Numbered from the stretch's first letter, positions 15,102-28,112 are shown. The stretch is DNA of 64,000 nucleotides from Octopus vulgaris (GCA_951406725.2 OX597819.1:104470001-104534000), one strand, 5' to 3'. A program made the numbers and translations. Notes: generated by a model not told the origin, from the sequence alone.

Positions 15102-15434
15102 TAGTGCAGAAGCAAAGAAAACAAAAAGAAATATTTAGAAATAATTATAATTCTGATAAAATTAAGAAAAAGTAGCAATAAAATTAACTTAAAAAATAAA
15201 CTCCGCTAACTGCAACATCAACAACAACCACAAGAGCAACAATGATAAAAAAAAAAGAACATAAGAAACACTAAAAATTTGAATTCCTAAACATTATTTC
15301 AAAATAATTTCTTATTATTGATTTAGTAAATTTATTATAATTTAGCGGCTTATCGCAGCTTATATTCTTCAGATTGCAATATTAGCAGAAGCTCAACAAA
15401 GAGATGTGTCTCTTTTTTTTTTAATATGATATGA

Positions 15435-15498
<64 letters not shown>

Positions 15499-15575
15499 AC
15501 ATATGGATATATAAATATGTGTATGTGTGTGTGTATACACATATGTATGTAACATGTTATATATGCATACATGCA

Positions 15576-15606
<31 letters not shown>

Positions 15607-16387
15607 CATACAAGCACATAAATATATTATATATACATAATATGAATTCTGTGAATTTCTCATTAATTTAATAATATATGTGTCGGAAATTTAATTTGGC
15701 GACAAGTATTCTTAAAAGGTATCATCATTATTGCTGTTGTTGTTGTTATTTTTATTATTACTATTATCATTATTATGATTATCATCGTTCTCATCATCAT
15801 CATCATCATCATCGTCGTCGTCATTATCATCATCATCATTAACAAACTCTATATAATTCCACTGAATTTATTCCCCTCCAATTACTGATAAACATTTGTG
15901 ACTCCATAAACTTTCATCATACTATTAAAATTAAAAAAAAGAGAAAGACTGCTATAAATTCGTTATGATAATTTGCTGCATTATTATTTCTTCCAGCATT
16001 TAACATTCTGAGTTCAAATAGAACCGAGGGCAAATATGTCATTCATCCTTTCCGGATTTATAAAAGTACAAGTCAAGTACCAATGTCAACACTATCGCCT
16101 ACTCGTCCTCGCCAAAAAATTTGCTGGTCTTGTGCCTAAAGCAGAACGAGCAGAACCCATTGTTGTTATGGTTGTTGTTCTTCTTCTTCTTCTTATTATT
16201 ATTATTATTATTACTTTTTTTTTCTTCTTTCAAATTTTCTTCCATTTCTTGCCGAGTGTCTTCCCGACTCCTAGGGCAAAGAAACTCATAGTGTATATTG
16301 GTAGGCCATTAAACCAAACTCAGTAGTTCGTTCATTTTTTTTTTTTTTTTTTAAAGTTAAATTAAAATACATGAGCAGCAACAGTTC

Positions 16388-17344
16388 TCACATCGACAAT
16401 GCTCTTCTCAATACGTGTGATGTACCAGTTAAGACAATCTTTTGCACTTCTTGCAGGGATGGTAAGCCAGGGATCATTCTCATATAATTTTCGGTTCCCT
16501 TCTTGATCATTCCTAGTGCTCCTACGATCACTGGTATTGTAACCGCCTTGAGATGCCACATTTTCTCAATTTCAATGAGTAGGTCTATATATTTTCTGAG
16601 CTTGTCAAACTCTTTCGCTGAGATATTATGATCACAGGGGATGCTCATGTCGATCAATAAGCAAACTTTATTGTTTTGGTCTTTCACAACAATATCTGGT
16701 TTATTGGCCTTGATGGTTCGGTCTGTATGTACTGGAAAGTCCCACAGAATCGTTACATTTTCTCCTTCAGTTACAGCCTCAGGGTGGTGATTATACCACT
16801 TGTCGGCAGTTTTGATATTGTAATGCCGACTTATTAGCCAGTGGAGATATTGGCCAACTCTGTCATGTCTTAATTTATACTCCACTGGTGCTAAGACTTT
16901 ACATCCAGAGATTAGGTGGTCCACTGTTTCAATCATGTCGTTGTAGAATCGGCATTTTGGGTCTGCTCCATTTTTCATCACATTGGCCTGGTAGTTCCGG
17001 GTTAATAGGCTTTGGTCTTGAGCAGCCAGGATGAAACCTTCGCTCTCTGCTTTTAGCCCTGAGCTCCGCAGCCACTGATGGGTTTGCTTCTGGTCAACAT
17101 CAGCTTGTTTGCTGCGGGTCACATATTTGCCGTGCAGAGGTTTCTCCTCCCACCTATCAGCCAATTGCTCGTGCGCTTTTTTCATTGCCATCATTTTCAC
17201 CTTCTTTGCAACAATAGTTGCCGTACTTCCCTCGGGTTGTTCAGTTTGGGTATCCTGCACGAGATCAATAGCAAATTTTTTGCTTTCCTTGATGATAGAA
17301 TGAAGCTTCTTTCGTCTCTCGTGATTTTCCACGAGCTTTAGCAT
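16388..17344 (-). pseudogene. R4/Dong ORF C-terminus: zinc knuckle + PD-(D/E)xK restriction-like endonuclease
   Basis: KPLHGKY, AAQDQSLLTRNY, CRFY..ETVDHLISGC (second Cys lost), RHD, WDFPVHTD, KPDIVV..LID and K..KY motifs. Confidence 0.88.
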
Positions 17345-17430
17345 CCAGTCATTCGATATTTCGAGATATTTGGCCAGTCCAATTGTGGTTGTTTTGTAAG
17401 CTAGTTCAAATTGGATCAGGCCTCGACCTG

Positions 17431-18106
17431 TTGTGCTTCAGGAAGTTTGAAATCACAGGGGAAATTTTAAAGATGTCCAGCGATCTCAAGATCCATGGAT
17501 GCGGTATACTGTCGAAGGCCTTTTTATAGTCAATCCATGCGGTGCTGAGATTTCTGCGCTTGTTGTGACAGTTCTCAAGGATCATACGATTGATTAGCAG
17601 TTGATCTTTGCATCCGTAAGAGCCTCGGCGGCACCCTTTTGTTCAATGGGGAAAATATCGTTCTTCTCCATGAATGCATATGTTTTCTCCGCCAGGATAG
17701 ATGTTAGGATTTTATACGTGGTGGATAGACAGGTTATAGGCCGATAGTTTTTTGGAAGGTTGGTTTCGTTATTCTTTGGGAGTAGGTAAGTAATGCCACT
17801 TGCTAACCATTCAGGTGTTTTCTTTGGGTCTCTCAAAATTCCATTGAGCAGCTGAACTAGCTTACCGTGTGCGCACGGGAGCGATGCGAGCCAGAAATTC
17901 GGCACCCTATCTTTACCGGGGGATTTCCAATTATGGGCCTTCGTGAGTGCCTTTCTTAGGTCTGCTATTGTGATGTCTTCCCATGCTTGTTGTTGTAAAT
18001 TTTGGTAGGATCCTTCAGTTTGTATAATCCAGTCTGCATTTATGTTGTACGTCTTCTTGTCACTCCAAATCCTTTCCCAAAAGTTTTGAACTTCTTCCAT
18101 GGGAGG
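17431..18106 (-). pseudogene. Reverse transcriptase N-terminal fragment (frameshifted, catalytic YxDD region deleted)
   Basis: ORF 17594-18229 after its poly-N tract, plus a manual continuation in another frame to ISNFLKHN. Confidence 0.85.
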
Positions 18107-18183
<77 letters not shown>

Positions 18184-19420
18184 CAGTAGTTTTATTTTTA
18201 TAGCGTGCTTTCACTTCACTACCGAGCACAGCTCTGTGTGCCCTTGGGTATGTGCTGTGATTTGTTGTGATGCTCTGATGGTTATTGTATGGAAAGTGTT
18301 CTGCGTAGGATGTGTGCAGTGCCTAGTAGTGCAATTTTCTGTATGTTATATGTGTTTGTAAGTCCTGGTGTTTTTGTTATGTATTTGTCTGAATATTTTT
18401 TTATCATGCCTAATGCACCTACTATGATAGGAATTGTTTCTGTTTTTAGATTCCACATTCTGGTTACCTCTATTTCCAGGTCTTTGTATTTTGAAAGTTT
18501 CTCCATTTCTTTTAGAGGCACGTTGTCATCTGCCGGTATTGATACATCAATTAGAAAGCATTTTTTTTCTTCATGATCTCTGACAACTATATCTGGTCTG
18601 TTGGCCTTAATTTCTCTATCTGTGTGTATCGGCATATCCCAGAGTATGGTTGCTTTCTCGTTTTCTGTGACCTTTTCTGGTGTGTGCCTATACCATCTTT
18701 TTTCTGTTGTTATTCCATAATGTTGGCATAGCTTCCAGTGTTTGTAGGTTCCAACTCTGTCATGTCTGTGAATATATTCCTTCTTAGCCAGGACTGGGCA
18801 GCCAGAGATAATATGATTTATTGTTTCTTGTCCATCTCCACATATTCTGCAGTTACTTGTTATATTTCTTTTCATTACATGTTTTTGGTAATTTCTGGTG
18901 GGGAGGCTTTGGTCTTGTGCTGCAATTAAAAATCCCTCTGTCTCTGCTTTGAGTCCTGAGCTTCTCAACCATTGCTGGGATTTTTCTTTGTCTACTTCTT
19001 TTGCATTTTGTTTAGTCCAGTATTTACCGTGAAGGGGCTTTTCTTGCCATCGTTTTATCATGGTTCTTTGCTGTTCTAGTTTTAGTTTGGATTTCATTTG
19101 TTTTATAGCTTTTGTTGTTTCTTCATCTTCTTCTTCTTCATATTTATTAGGTGGTATGATTTCTTGCTTGTATTTGTCAGCTTCCTTAAATACTGAGAAC
19201 AGTTTTTTGTTTTGCTCGTGTTTTGCCGCTATTTGTATCAGTTTTCCTTCCTTCTGAAGTAGATATTTTTGCAGTCATATGGTGGTTATTTTATAGTAGT
19301 TTTCCAGCTGTATACGTTGTATATATAGTGTTTCTAGGTCAGATTTTGGGTGATGCATCCTAGATCCTGTCATTATTTTTCTTGTTTTCCTATCTATTTT
19401 GTTCAGTTCATTTAGTGTCC

Positions 19421-19422
<2 letters not shown>
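18184..19422 (-). mobile_element. 5'-truncated R4/Dong retrotransposon, family DA
   Basis: Begins WTLNELNKIDRKTRKIMTGSRMHHPKSD. The 3' UTR ends aaataaaactactga. Flanked by (TAA)n at 18107-18183 and 19423-19556. Confidence 0.92.
18282..19097 (-). pseudogene. R4/Dong ORF C-terminus: intact CCHC knuckle + RLE endonuclease (271 aa open)
   Basis: CRICGDGQETINHIISGC, RHDRVG, LWDMPIHTD, NRPDIVVRD..LIDVSI and EKLSKY motifs. Confidence 0.9.
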
Positions 19423-19509
<87 letters not shown>

Positions 19510-19557
19510 TATTATTATTATCATTATTATCATTATTATTATTACTACTATTATTAA

Positions 19558-19763
19558 GGTGGCAAGCTGGCCGAGACGTTGGCAGGCCGGATAAAATGCT
19601 TAGCAGCATTTCGACCGTCTTTACTTTCAGAGATTGACTTGGACTTTCATATTTTAAAGGTTGATAAAATAAGTACCAGTTGAGCACTGAGGTCGATGTA
19701 ACCGAATATCCCCTTCCCACCAAATTTCAGGTCTTGTTCATATGATAGAAAGGATTATTATTA
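19558..19763 (+). mobile_element. Deu/Nin-like SINE, older variant with (ATT)n tail
   Basis: Head ggtggcaagctggc..acgtt, core ctttcat..ggttgataaaataagtaccag, tail gaaaggattattattat. Similar degraded copies at ~15990-16145, 24538-24690, 39563-39765, 44985-45090, 45143-45265, 45299-45400 (+) and 12960-13062 (-). Confidence 0.7.
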
Positions 19764-19807
19764 TGATCAATCATCAGTATCATTACTCTCCTCATCTTCA
19801 TCATCAT

Positions 19808-22330
19808 TATACAAAAGTTAATACATGCGAAATTAGTTGGCAAGGATGTTATCCTGAGGTGCAGTGACAAGTCTTCTCAAATCTCAAGAATCTCTCTCAG
19901 GAATTTTACAGTATATAGGATGACACTCCGTTGCATGACCACAATACGTGTCTCAACCCCAATATCCTTTAGGTTCATAGGTGAAGGATTGGGGTTTGTG
20001 ACGAGTGCGTCATTCTTCTTTGTGTTCCATAATCTTTTCATTTCTTTGCCTAAGTCGTTATTTTTCTTTTTCAATTTTCTAAAGTCCCTTGATATCTACT
20101 CTATTATTATATAGTATTGTAAAGTCAATGATCTCTCATTATTTGCTATTTTTTCCGGCCCTCTACTTTCATATCTGGTCTCTTCAATAGAATAGCTAGT
20201 TTTTACGGAAAAGTGCCATAAAAGCCTATAATTATAGTTCCACATCTCAGCCCCTGACTCGTGTTTATATAACTTTACCGCCACTTCAAATCCACAGAAT
20301 TAGTTAACATCCTAATAGTCCTTTACCAACATAAACATACCTGCATTTATACTCTTCTTTTTTTGCTAGCTTATTACACACAGTCAAGAGATGGTTAATT
20401 TTCCTCCCTTCTCCCACACATACTGTATTTGCTCTCTGCTTGCTACACATCAGGCACTTTATCTAATACGTCCTAAGGTTTTGTTTTTGAGCGACTGTAA
20501 TGAGAGATTCAGTTTCTTGTTTCACATTCCCATCTTTCAGCCACATCCAACGTCCTTTACTTCCAATATCCTTGGATTGTTGCATGTATCTGCCATGTAA
20601 TTTCTTCTCTTTCTTGCTATTTCAGCTATCGTTCCCCTTTCTTGAATTCTCTCACTGCTTCAATAACTTCCTGGATATTTCTGATCGTAGATAACATTCT
20701 ATCTTCAATGTGCAAAATATAGATTTTCAAACCCATTATAGCGTCCTCATGATGCCTTCTGTATTTAAGAAATATCTTCCCCTTTCCTTTCTTGGTAAAT
20801 AAAACCCATCCATATAACTTTTAGGGTGTTGCGCGTTATGAATTCTGAGTAACTTGCAAGTTCTTCTAATTCCTGTAGCTCTATCTTTCTCCACTTGAGA
20901 AGCGAAACAGAGCATCTCAACACTGGCATGACACATACTTTCACAACCTTGATGATATAATTTCCATTTAGTTTTTGTTTGGAACATCTTGATCCTTCCC
21001 TTGTGAATTTTGGAAGTTTTCTCTATCTCTTTGCTTTATCTTATCATCCTGCGGTACCTCCAAGTACTTCTGTCTCGTAATATCGAGTCAATCATATTAT
21101 ATAATCTAGTGGTATCTTTATAGCAACGGATGTCCCTTCATAATTAAAACTGCACACTTACACGTATTCATCCCAAAGTGCATACCAGTGTCCTTGCTAA
21201 ATATTCTTACTATTTTGGTAAGAGAATCCATGTCTTTTTCAATTTTGCTATATAATTTGAGGCTTTCCAAGTATAATAGATGATTTAGTTTTGTCTTGAT
21301 TTTAGAATGATCATAGGCAGCACTTGATTTTCTCAAAGTGCTTGTGATAGAGAGATTAATACAAAGTACAGTAATAGAGAGAGCGAGTCTCTCTGGAATA
21401 TCCCCTCCATATATTCACACTTCCTAATGAGTCAATTTTGAATTTTTGTTTTACTTCCTTTGATTCATTTTTCTCAAGGCCCCGAGTATCCCGAGGACAC
21501 TCCAAAAGCCAATTGGAGCTCATTCCTTTGTCTTAAAATCACCATTTTCTTTTCAATTATTGAATTTATCCTTCCAAGATCTCTAGTGAGGTATTCAATT
21601 TGGTTCTTATGTCTTCTTTTCCAGCATGGGTTTTTGCTCCCTTCTGTTTCTTTGCTTCATTTTAAACCCAAGAATATCTACAGCAACATATACTGCGCAG
21701 TATATGAGGTTATATATATCTGTTATATTCTCAAAATTTATTTTCGTGAAAAGGTTCTAAAGTCTCTTTACTACTTTAACCAGTTTTCCGTTTCGATTCC
21801 TCTCAAAACAGATGATCTCATTCTTTCATTACTTCGTGCTTCATTTAAACGATGAAGTAAAATCGTTTCCTTCTCAGTAATATCCTTTCCCTCCATGTAA
21901 TAAAACTTGTTTTCCCTCTAGTTTCTATTTTTCTTCGGATGGCCTGATCTTTCGACTATTTCTGGTTAGATTTTCTCTTCTAAGCAACCATTTTCTTTCT
22001 TTTCCACTGTTTTGAAGATCTCTTCCCTCCTCAACTTGGATAGTCATTGGCTTTTCATGATATAATTTTCGTGATCTACAAGCCTTTGTTCTGTGTCAGG
22101 GAACATGTCTTCCATTATCCATAATTTACGCATTCTTTTCTTGTATCCTGTTTTATCAGGTTCACTCCTTTAATAATATTCCATAATAGTTCAGCTGTCA
22201 CTTTCAGATCACCCGCTAATCTTTGAAAAGGCAGTTAATAACGACCAGGCCCATCCTACTGCACACTGGAACACTTGCCGTTCGATAGGCCTTTGTTCGA
22301 GAATCCATTCTTGTTTAACGCAGTTGTGAT
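19808..22330 (-). mobile_element. Old, internally deleted R4-clade retrotransposon (family DD)
   Basis: Colinear remnants: N-terminal GYKKRMRKLW..EQRLVDH, GIFQRDSLS, LNHLLYLESLKLY (decayed YMDD), GMHFGMNTCKC, HPKSYMDGFYLPRKERGR, and C-terminal DLGKEMKRLW..MQRSVIL..LREILEI. Confidence 0.8.
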
Positions 22331-22479
22331 ATAAATATTTATTTGACATTATACACATAAAACAGACTGAAGTGTTAGGATTACAATACTAGCACTATTT
22401 TTTCGAGACACCATCTCATGAGGGCTACCAGCCAAGGCTGAGGATAACTTCTTCCTCTTGTGATAGTCCTAACTTGAAA

Positions 22480-24440
22480 TATTCATAAATGCTTCCTTAC
22501 GTTTATGTAATATTCCAGTAGATATTCCTGTGATGCTGGGTCTTACACTAATTGCATTGCTGGTCACTAAGAATTGCATGACACTTCTTCATTGTTGTTT
22601 TAACCAAATTTACCATTATGTCGTCAAATTGATGTGCTTTCATTATTTTGATAAACCTCTCATGTAGAGCCGAATCAAATGTTCCCCATTCTGTCGCCAA
22701 ATTAATAGACTTCCATGTCATGTATGGCTTAATCAAAAGCCATCTTGTAGTCGACCCAAGCACATGACAGGTTCTTTATTCGTAATTAAACATCATCGAA
22801 TACCACTTGGTTAACAAGGGACTGGTCGGTTGCCTGTAGGCCTATGATCTGAATCATTTCTACTCTAACAGAATAATATTCTTTTTGTTGTATATGCTTA
22901 GTTATTATGTGAGTCCAAATAACATTTTGGAAAACAGTTTATTGAAGATCAGAAAACAATAGATTTGGCAATAGTTAGATGAATGATATATTAGTCTTTT
23001 CTTGGAGAACACTGTCGTTCTACCTGTCAGAAACGAGCAGTTAGTCGGGATTGTTTAAGGGTAGGGTTTTGAAAATAAACGTTTTGACACAGTAAACTTT
23101 ATGAAAGGAAACCCACCAAGGTTATGGAGAGACTTACTTGTCAGTGCCAGGACTTACCCAATTTCCAAAGCTATTTGAAGCAAGTCCCAATATAGAGAGC
23201 ATTATCTTTTGGGTAGCTGATTTTGTAATTTCTGTCGTTGCCACGTACTCCTATAGCAACCTATTATTTCTATTATAAATAACCTCGTTTCCAAAAATAT
23301 GCTTCCAAAATATTTTCAATGTTTCATTATTGCTATCTAAAAAATCTTCTGTATCTTTATCACGTGTTGTTTTGAGAGTGACGTTCTTCCTCTGATGTTA
23401 CACATATTTTATCATTTATTTCAAGCGGGTATTACTTTTAAGCATTCGAGTTTTTGCAGTTGTGCTTGATCAGTGTTTATCATACGGTGCGTATTTTTGT
23501 TCATCATCATAAAGTCCGTATTTCTGTTAATTCTTCTACAAGTATTATCTCTTCCCATCTAGATTATTTTACTTGCTTTCTCGCATAGATTATCTTTTCT
23601 ATAATCTAATTTACCATTCCAATTGTTAACAACTTTTATCTTTTGAAAATTTACTTTGTTTATTTAACCCCCGCATAGTTTATTATTGTGAGCATGCCGT
23701 AGTATAAAGAATTGTTTAACTGAGTAATACAATTAGGTATCATAATACTGTGATATTTTATCTCCATTTGTTCTATGCGGGTTTTTAAGAGATTTCAACT
23801 TAAGCGTATACTTACTAATCACAAGAATTACATTGACTTCTAAGTATTTTCGCAAGCTTTTGATATATGTCCTATCAACTTCTTGTTGCGCTGCTATAGA
23901 TGGTTGTCGAATTCCAATTGCAGCTGTGAATTAATTTTCTGCTACTGAAGAAATACATTGATTGGAAGTGGGAATGTCTATACAATTATTATCCTTTTGT
24001 TCATTAGTAACAATATTATGATTGTTACTATCAATACTATCAATATCATAAGTACAGTTACTACCAGATATCCCTCAGTTTACAGCATTACTAAATAAGT
24101 TTGTGACGCGTATTCTTTCTTTTTTTATAACCTTGATTTCTAAGTTTGTCTTTCAATGTGCTCTGTTATTTTGTATTTGAGTATTGTCAGCATACATATT
24201 TGAATATTTGTTACCCTTAGAACTAACTAGAGTGACTTGAGAAGAAACACGAAGAATAGCGATCCGTAAGTTTGTGCGTCTGAGGATCTGCTTCTGTTAT
24301 TTCTTGTTTAGAATCTATCAAATAATATCTATAAAATATTTATTTTTAAGAGATACTTTATATATATTATCTAGTCCCTTGCTCCAAAAGTGTTTTCTAT
24401 TTTTATTGATATATTATCTTTAACTATCCTTTTCTTTTTC
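22480..24440 (-). mobile_element. Highly degraded R4-like element, 5' half (family DE)
   Basis: Remnants FWKHIF (~23300), NWVSPGTD (~23150), DHRPT (~22840) and NLATEWGTFDSALH (ORF 22548-22763) occur in RT motif order. Confidence 0.55.
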
Positions 24441-25098
24441 TTTTTCTTTTTTTTTTTATTCTTCCTTCCCATAGCAGCAAATTATTCTAGGTGTTTTTAT
24501 ATCGTATATTTTCAATTTATTATTTCTTACACTTAGAGCTGTAGACTGGCAAAATTATTAGATCATTGGAAAAATGCCTTGCAATATTTCTTCTCGCCCA
24601 TTGCTTTTGAGTTCAAATCTCAACGAGGATATCTTTGTTCCCAATCTTTCCAGGAGTCGATCAAATAAAGTACCAGTCTGGTATGGGATTCGATGGCACG
24701 ACGGATTTTGATATCAGTTGTATTTGTCTCACGATCATCCCATCCCCTTCCTCTGACAAGCAAGGGCAGCCAGTGTTGGCACTTTGCAGGCCATAACGAA
24801 AGAGAGAGTTGAGGCACACCAGTTAAGAGGATAGAAGAACCGGCTTTTCTTCTATTGCCAAGTATTAGCCACGTTACAATTGCCTTTATAAGAAAGGATG
24901 AACAGAAAGTAAGTGCTGCACTCTTACAAACAGCAAGGTAGAGGTTGAGTTTGGCATGAATAGTTTGGGTGAGGGAAATCGTACACAACGATGACCCATA
25001 ATACTCTGGTCTTAGACGAGTGAATACAAAGCCCCTAGTAGTCGTAATATTATGCAGGCATTGCCAAGCCAGTATAAGTTCTACAGGTATAAGTTCAA

Positions 25099-25330
25099 GG
25101 CGGCGAGCTGGCAGAAACGTTAGCACACCGGGCGAAATGCTTTGCGGTATTTCGTCTGCCGCTACGTTCTGAGTTCAAATTCTGCCGAGGTCGACTTTGC
25201 CTTTCATCCTTTCGGGGTCGATAAATTAAGTACCAGTTACGCACTGGGGTCGATATAATCGACTTAATCTGTTTGTCTGTCCTTGTTTGTCCTCTCTGTG
25301 TTTAGCCCCTTGTGGGTAGTAAAGAAATAG
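25099..25330 (+). mobile_element. Deu/Nin-like SINE, family B, full length with TSD
   Basis: Head ggcggcgagctggcagaaacgttagc, B-box-like gagttcaaattc, core gcctttcatcctttcggggtcgataaattaagtaccag. TSD aggtataagttc at 25085-25096 and 25329-25340. Confidence 0.9.
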
Positions 25331-25659
25331 GTATAAGTTCTACAGGTATGATAGTACATTTAGGGTGACTGCACCACAATGTTCGAAATAAGGGTGAAAT
25401 GGCAAAATGCTTTTCCACAATCTCATTCGGTGTCTAACTATAATTGACCTATGTATGTTACAACCATTTTTATTGCTTAGGAAGGAATTTAGCGTTCATT
25501 AAAATCTGTTGTGAATATCGCTGCAAGATTTTTGCTTAGCAAAGCAAAGCTGGCAGTTTCCCCACTTGTTTGTGGTTAGGTGGAATTAACTGGTGCGGTG
25601 TAATAACTTTTTCTTTCATCGCTAGACCAATAACACCACCATCACTACCATCACATGAA

Positions 25660-26709
25660 TATCGTAACTCTCGATGACAACTATGAAAACGATGACGACG
25701 ACGTCGACGACGGCTACAACCACCACCACCACCACCACCACCACCGCTACCACCACAGATACCGCCATCACAACCCCAACCACGACTACCAGCAGCAACA
25801 CTACCACTAGCATCATTATCACCACCATAACCGTCACCAGCAATATCACCAACACCAACACCAACAGTATCTCCAGCAGCAGCAGCAGCAGCAACACCAC
25901 CACCACCACCACCACCACCACCATCACTGCAACTACTACTACTACTATGCAACAAAGAAATAACATCTAAATTCCCTCAAAATAACTTAAAATTAAAGGT
26001 CCCAGCAGATAATGTAACTCTGTGTACTTTTATAGAAATGGTCATGGATGGAATGCCTTCCAAAATAGATCTTGATCAGGGTCGAAGTAGAATTTTTAAA
26101 AAACAACAATAAAAGCAACCACTAACATAACCACTATTACTAACAACAACAACCGCAACAATAACTACAACATCATCATTACCACAATTACTACCGCCTA
26201 CACTGCTACTAGGAACACCCATACCTACTATCACTGCCACTACCACTGCACCCAACAACAATACCGTCAGTATCACCGCAAGCTCCCATAGTACAATTAT
26301 TGCAACCATCACCGCCACCTCATCCTCTCCGCCCCCCGCCACCAGCATCAATAACTTTCATGCTACCACCACCACCACCACCACTCACGTCACTACATCT
26401 TCCACCACCATTGCTACCGTCACTAATACCACTCCACCATTATCACCACCACCAAAACCTATTTCTTTACTACCCACAAGGGGCTAAACACAGAGAGGAC
26501 AAACAAGGACAGACAAAGGTATTAAGTCGATTACATCGACCCCAGTGCGTAACTGGTACTTAATTTATCGACCCCGAAAGGATGAAAGGCAAAGTCGACC
26601 TCGGCGGAATTTGAACTCAGAACGTAACGGTAGACGAAATACGACGACGCATTTCGCCCGGCGTGCTAACTATTCTGACAGCTCCATCAACACCAATACC
26701 ATACCATCA

Positions 26710-26746
<37 letters not shown>

Positions 26747-26776
26747 TTACTGCTGCTACTGCTACTGCAGCTGCTG

Positions 26777-26828
<52 letters not shown>

Positions 26829-27430
26829 AACCGACAACAATCTCTCCCCATGGCCACCACCAGAGATGCCCTATCACTGCTTCTCCAACACCATTGCCTG
26901 CTATCGTCATTTTCTTCACTTCTTCTGCTAGCATCAACACTAACACCATCAACACCATCACCTCCAACAACACCAAAACCAACCGCAATAACAATAAGAC
27001 CCTTACTTCTTCCCACAACCACTCCCACAACTACCACCACCGCTACAACCACCATCATCACCACCACCACCACCACTACCACCACCAACGGCAACAACAA
27101 TCTCACCACAACTAAAACCCCTCACCACTACCACCACCAGCACCAGCACCACCAGCACCACTAGCACCACCACCACCAACACCACCACCACCAACAACAA
27201 CACCACCACCACCACCACCAACACCACCACCACCACCACCACCACCACCAAAACCAGCACCAGCACCAGCGCCAGCACCACCACCACCAACAGCAACAAA
27301 AATCTCACCACAACTAAAACCCCTCACCACCACCAGCACCACCACCAGCACAACCACCACCACCACCACCACCACCATCAGCACCACTACCATCACCATC
27401 ACTACCACCTCAACTGCCAGCGTTGTTGTC
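25660..27430. repeat. Compound (ACC/ACT/AGC/ATC)n low-complexity region with a ~202-bp tandem duplication
   Basis: Trinucleotide mosaics. aatctcaccacaactaaaacccctcaccac occurs at 27099 and 27301. Confidence 0.85.
26458..26684 (-). mobile_element. Deu/Nin-like SINE, family B
   Basis: Reverse complement of the 25099-25330 copy. Confidence 0.9.
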
Positions 27431-28112
27431 AATAAACGGTGAAATATGACAGAGATAATGAAAACTGTTTATAATAGAAGGAATAAGATTTATTTCTGTA
27501 ATTAAAAGATAATTTAAATTAAGTTTAAGCCGAAAATCAGCGGAAACCTACACAATCTGGTCACATGGATTGTGTTGTGACAGAGAGGGAAGGACTGTTA
27601 CGTAGCCTCATATATAATAACAGTTGTACGGAAGCCAACTAAGCGAGCAGTCTCTTTGTAGGCATTCGGCTTGCTAGATATAGCAACCAAATATCCTTCA
27701 ATAAAACGTTGTTGTGTTGAATACGAAGGACACAATGCGTAATGTAGTCTGCGATATATAATAAAAAGACAGTATGATCAACGCTGGAATTATTCTGAGC
27801 ATGGGTCTTCTCGATTAGCGATAACCAGGATCAAAATAATGCAGTTCCGACTTATTATTATGGAGAGGTATAGAAACATACTCCAATCTTTGGACCCTGA
27901 GCCAACTGATAAGTCTCTATATAGTCCCTTGGACTTCTAGAAATAGCAGTTACATTTTTTCAAATTACACTCTATCATCTTAAAGAAAATGATACGTTGG
28001 ATAATGGAATTCCCTGCATAAAAGAAAATATGGGATGGTTATGTTTGGGCCTTATTAGTCATACACCTGCCCTTCCTGAACTGACTCGGGGATTCTCATT
28101 AGAATTGTCTAC

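Larger units (their letters stand above)
16213..18106 (-). mobile_element. 5'-truncated, internally deleted R4/Dong retrotransposon, family DB
   Basis: RT motifs NWKSPGKD, NYRPITCLSTTYK, EQKG / CRRGSYGCKDQLLIN and AWIDYKKAFDSIPH are present. A deletion near 17430 jumps to GRGLIQ, followed by the RLE ORF, 3' UTR and TAA tail. The 5' end abuts (TAA)n. Confidence 0.9.

Noticed and set aside
17594-18229. DA nested inside DB, or a single poly-Asn RT protein
   Set aside because: No DB continuation exists beyond 19422. The two are tandem insertions separated by TAA, and the ORF start lies in the DA 3' UTR.
24620-25126. 168-aa non-repetitive ORF
   Set aside because: It starts and ends within antisense SINE copies and has no recognisable domain.
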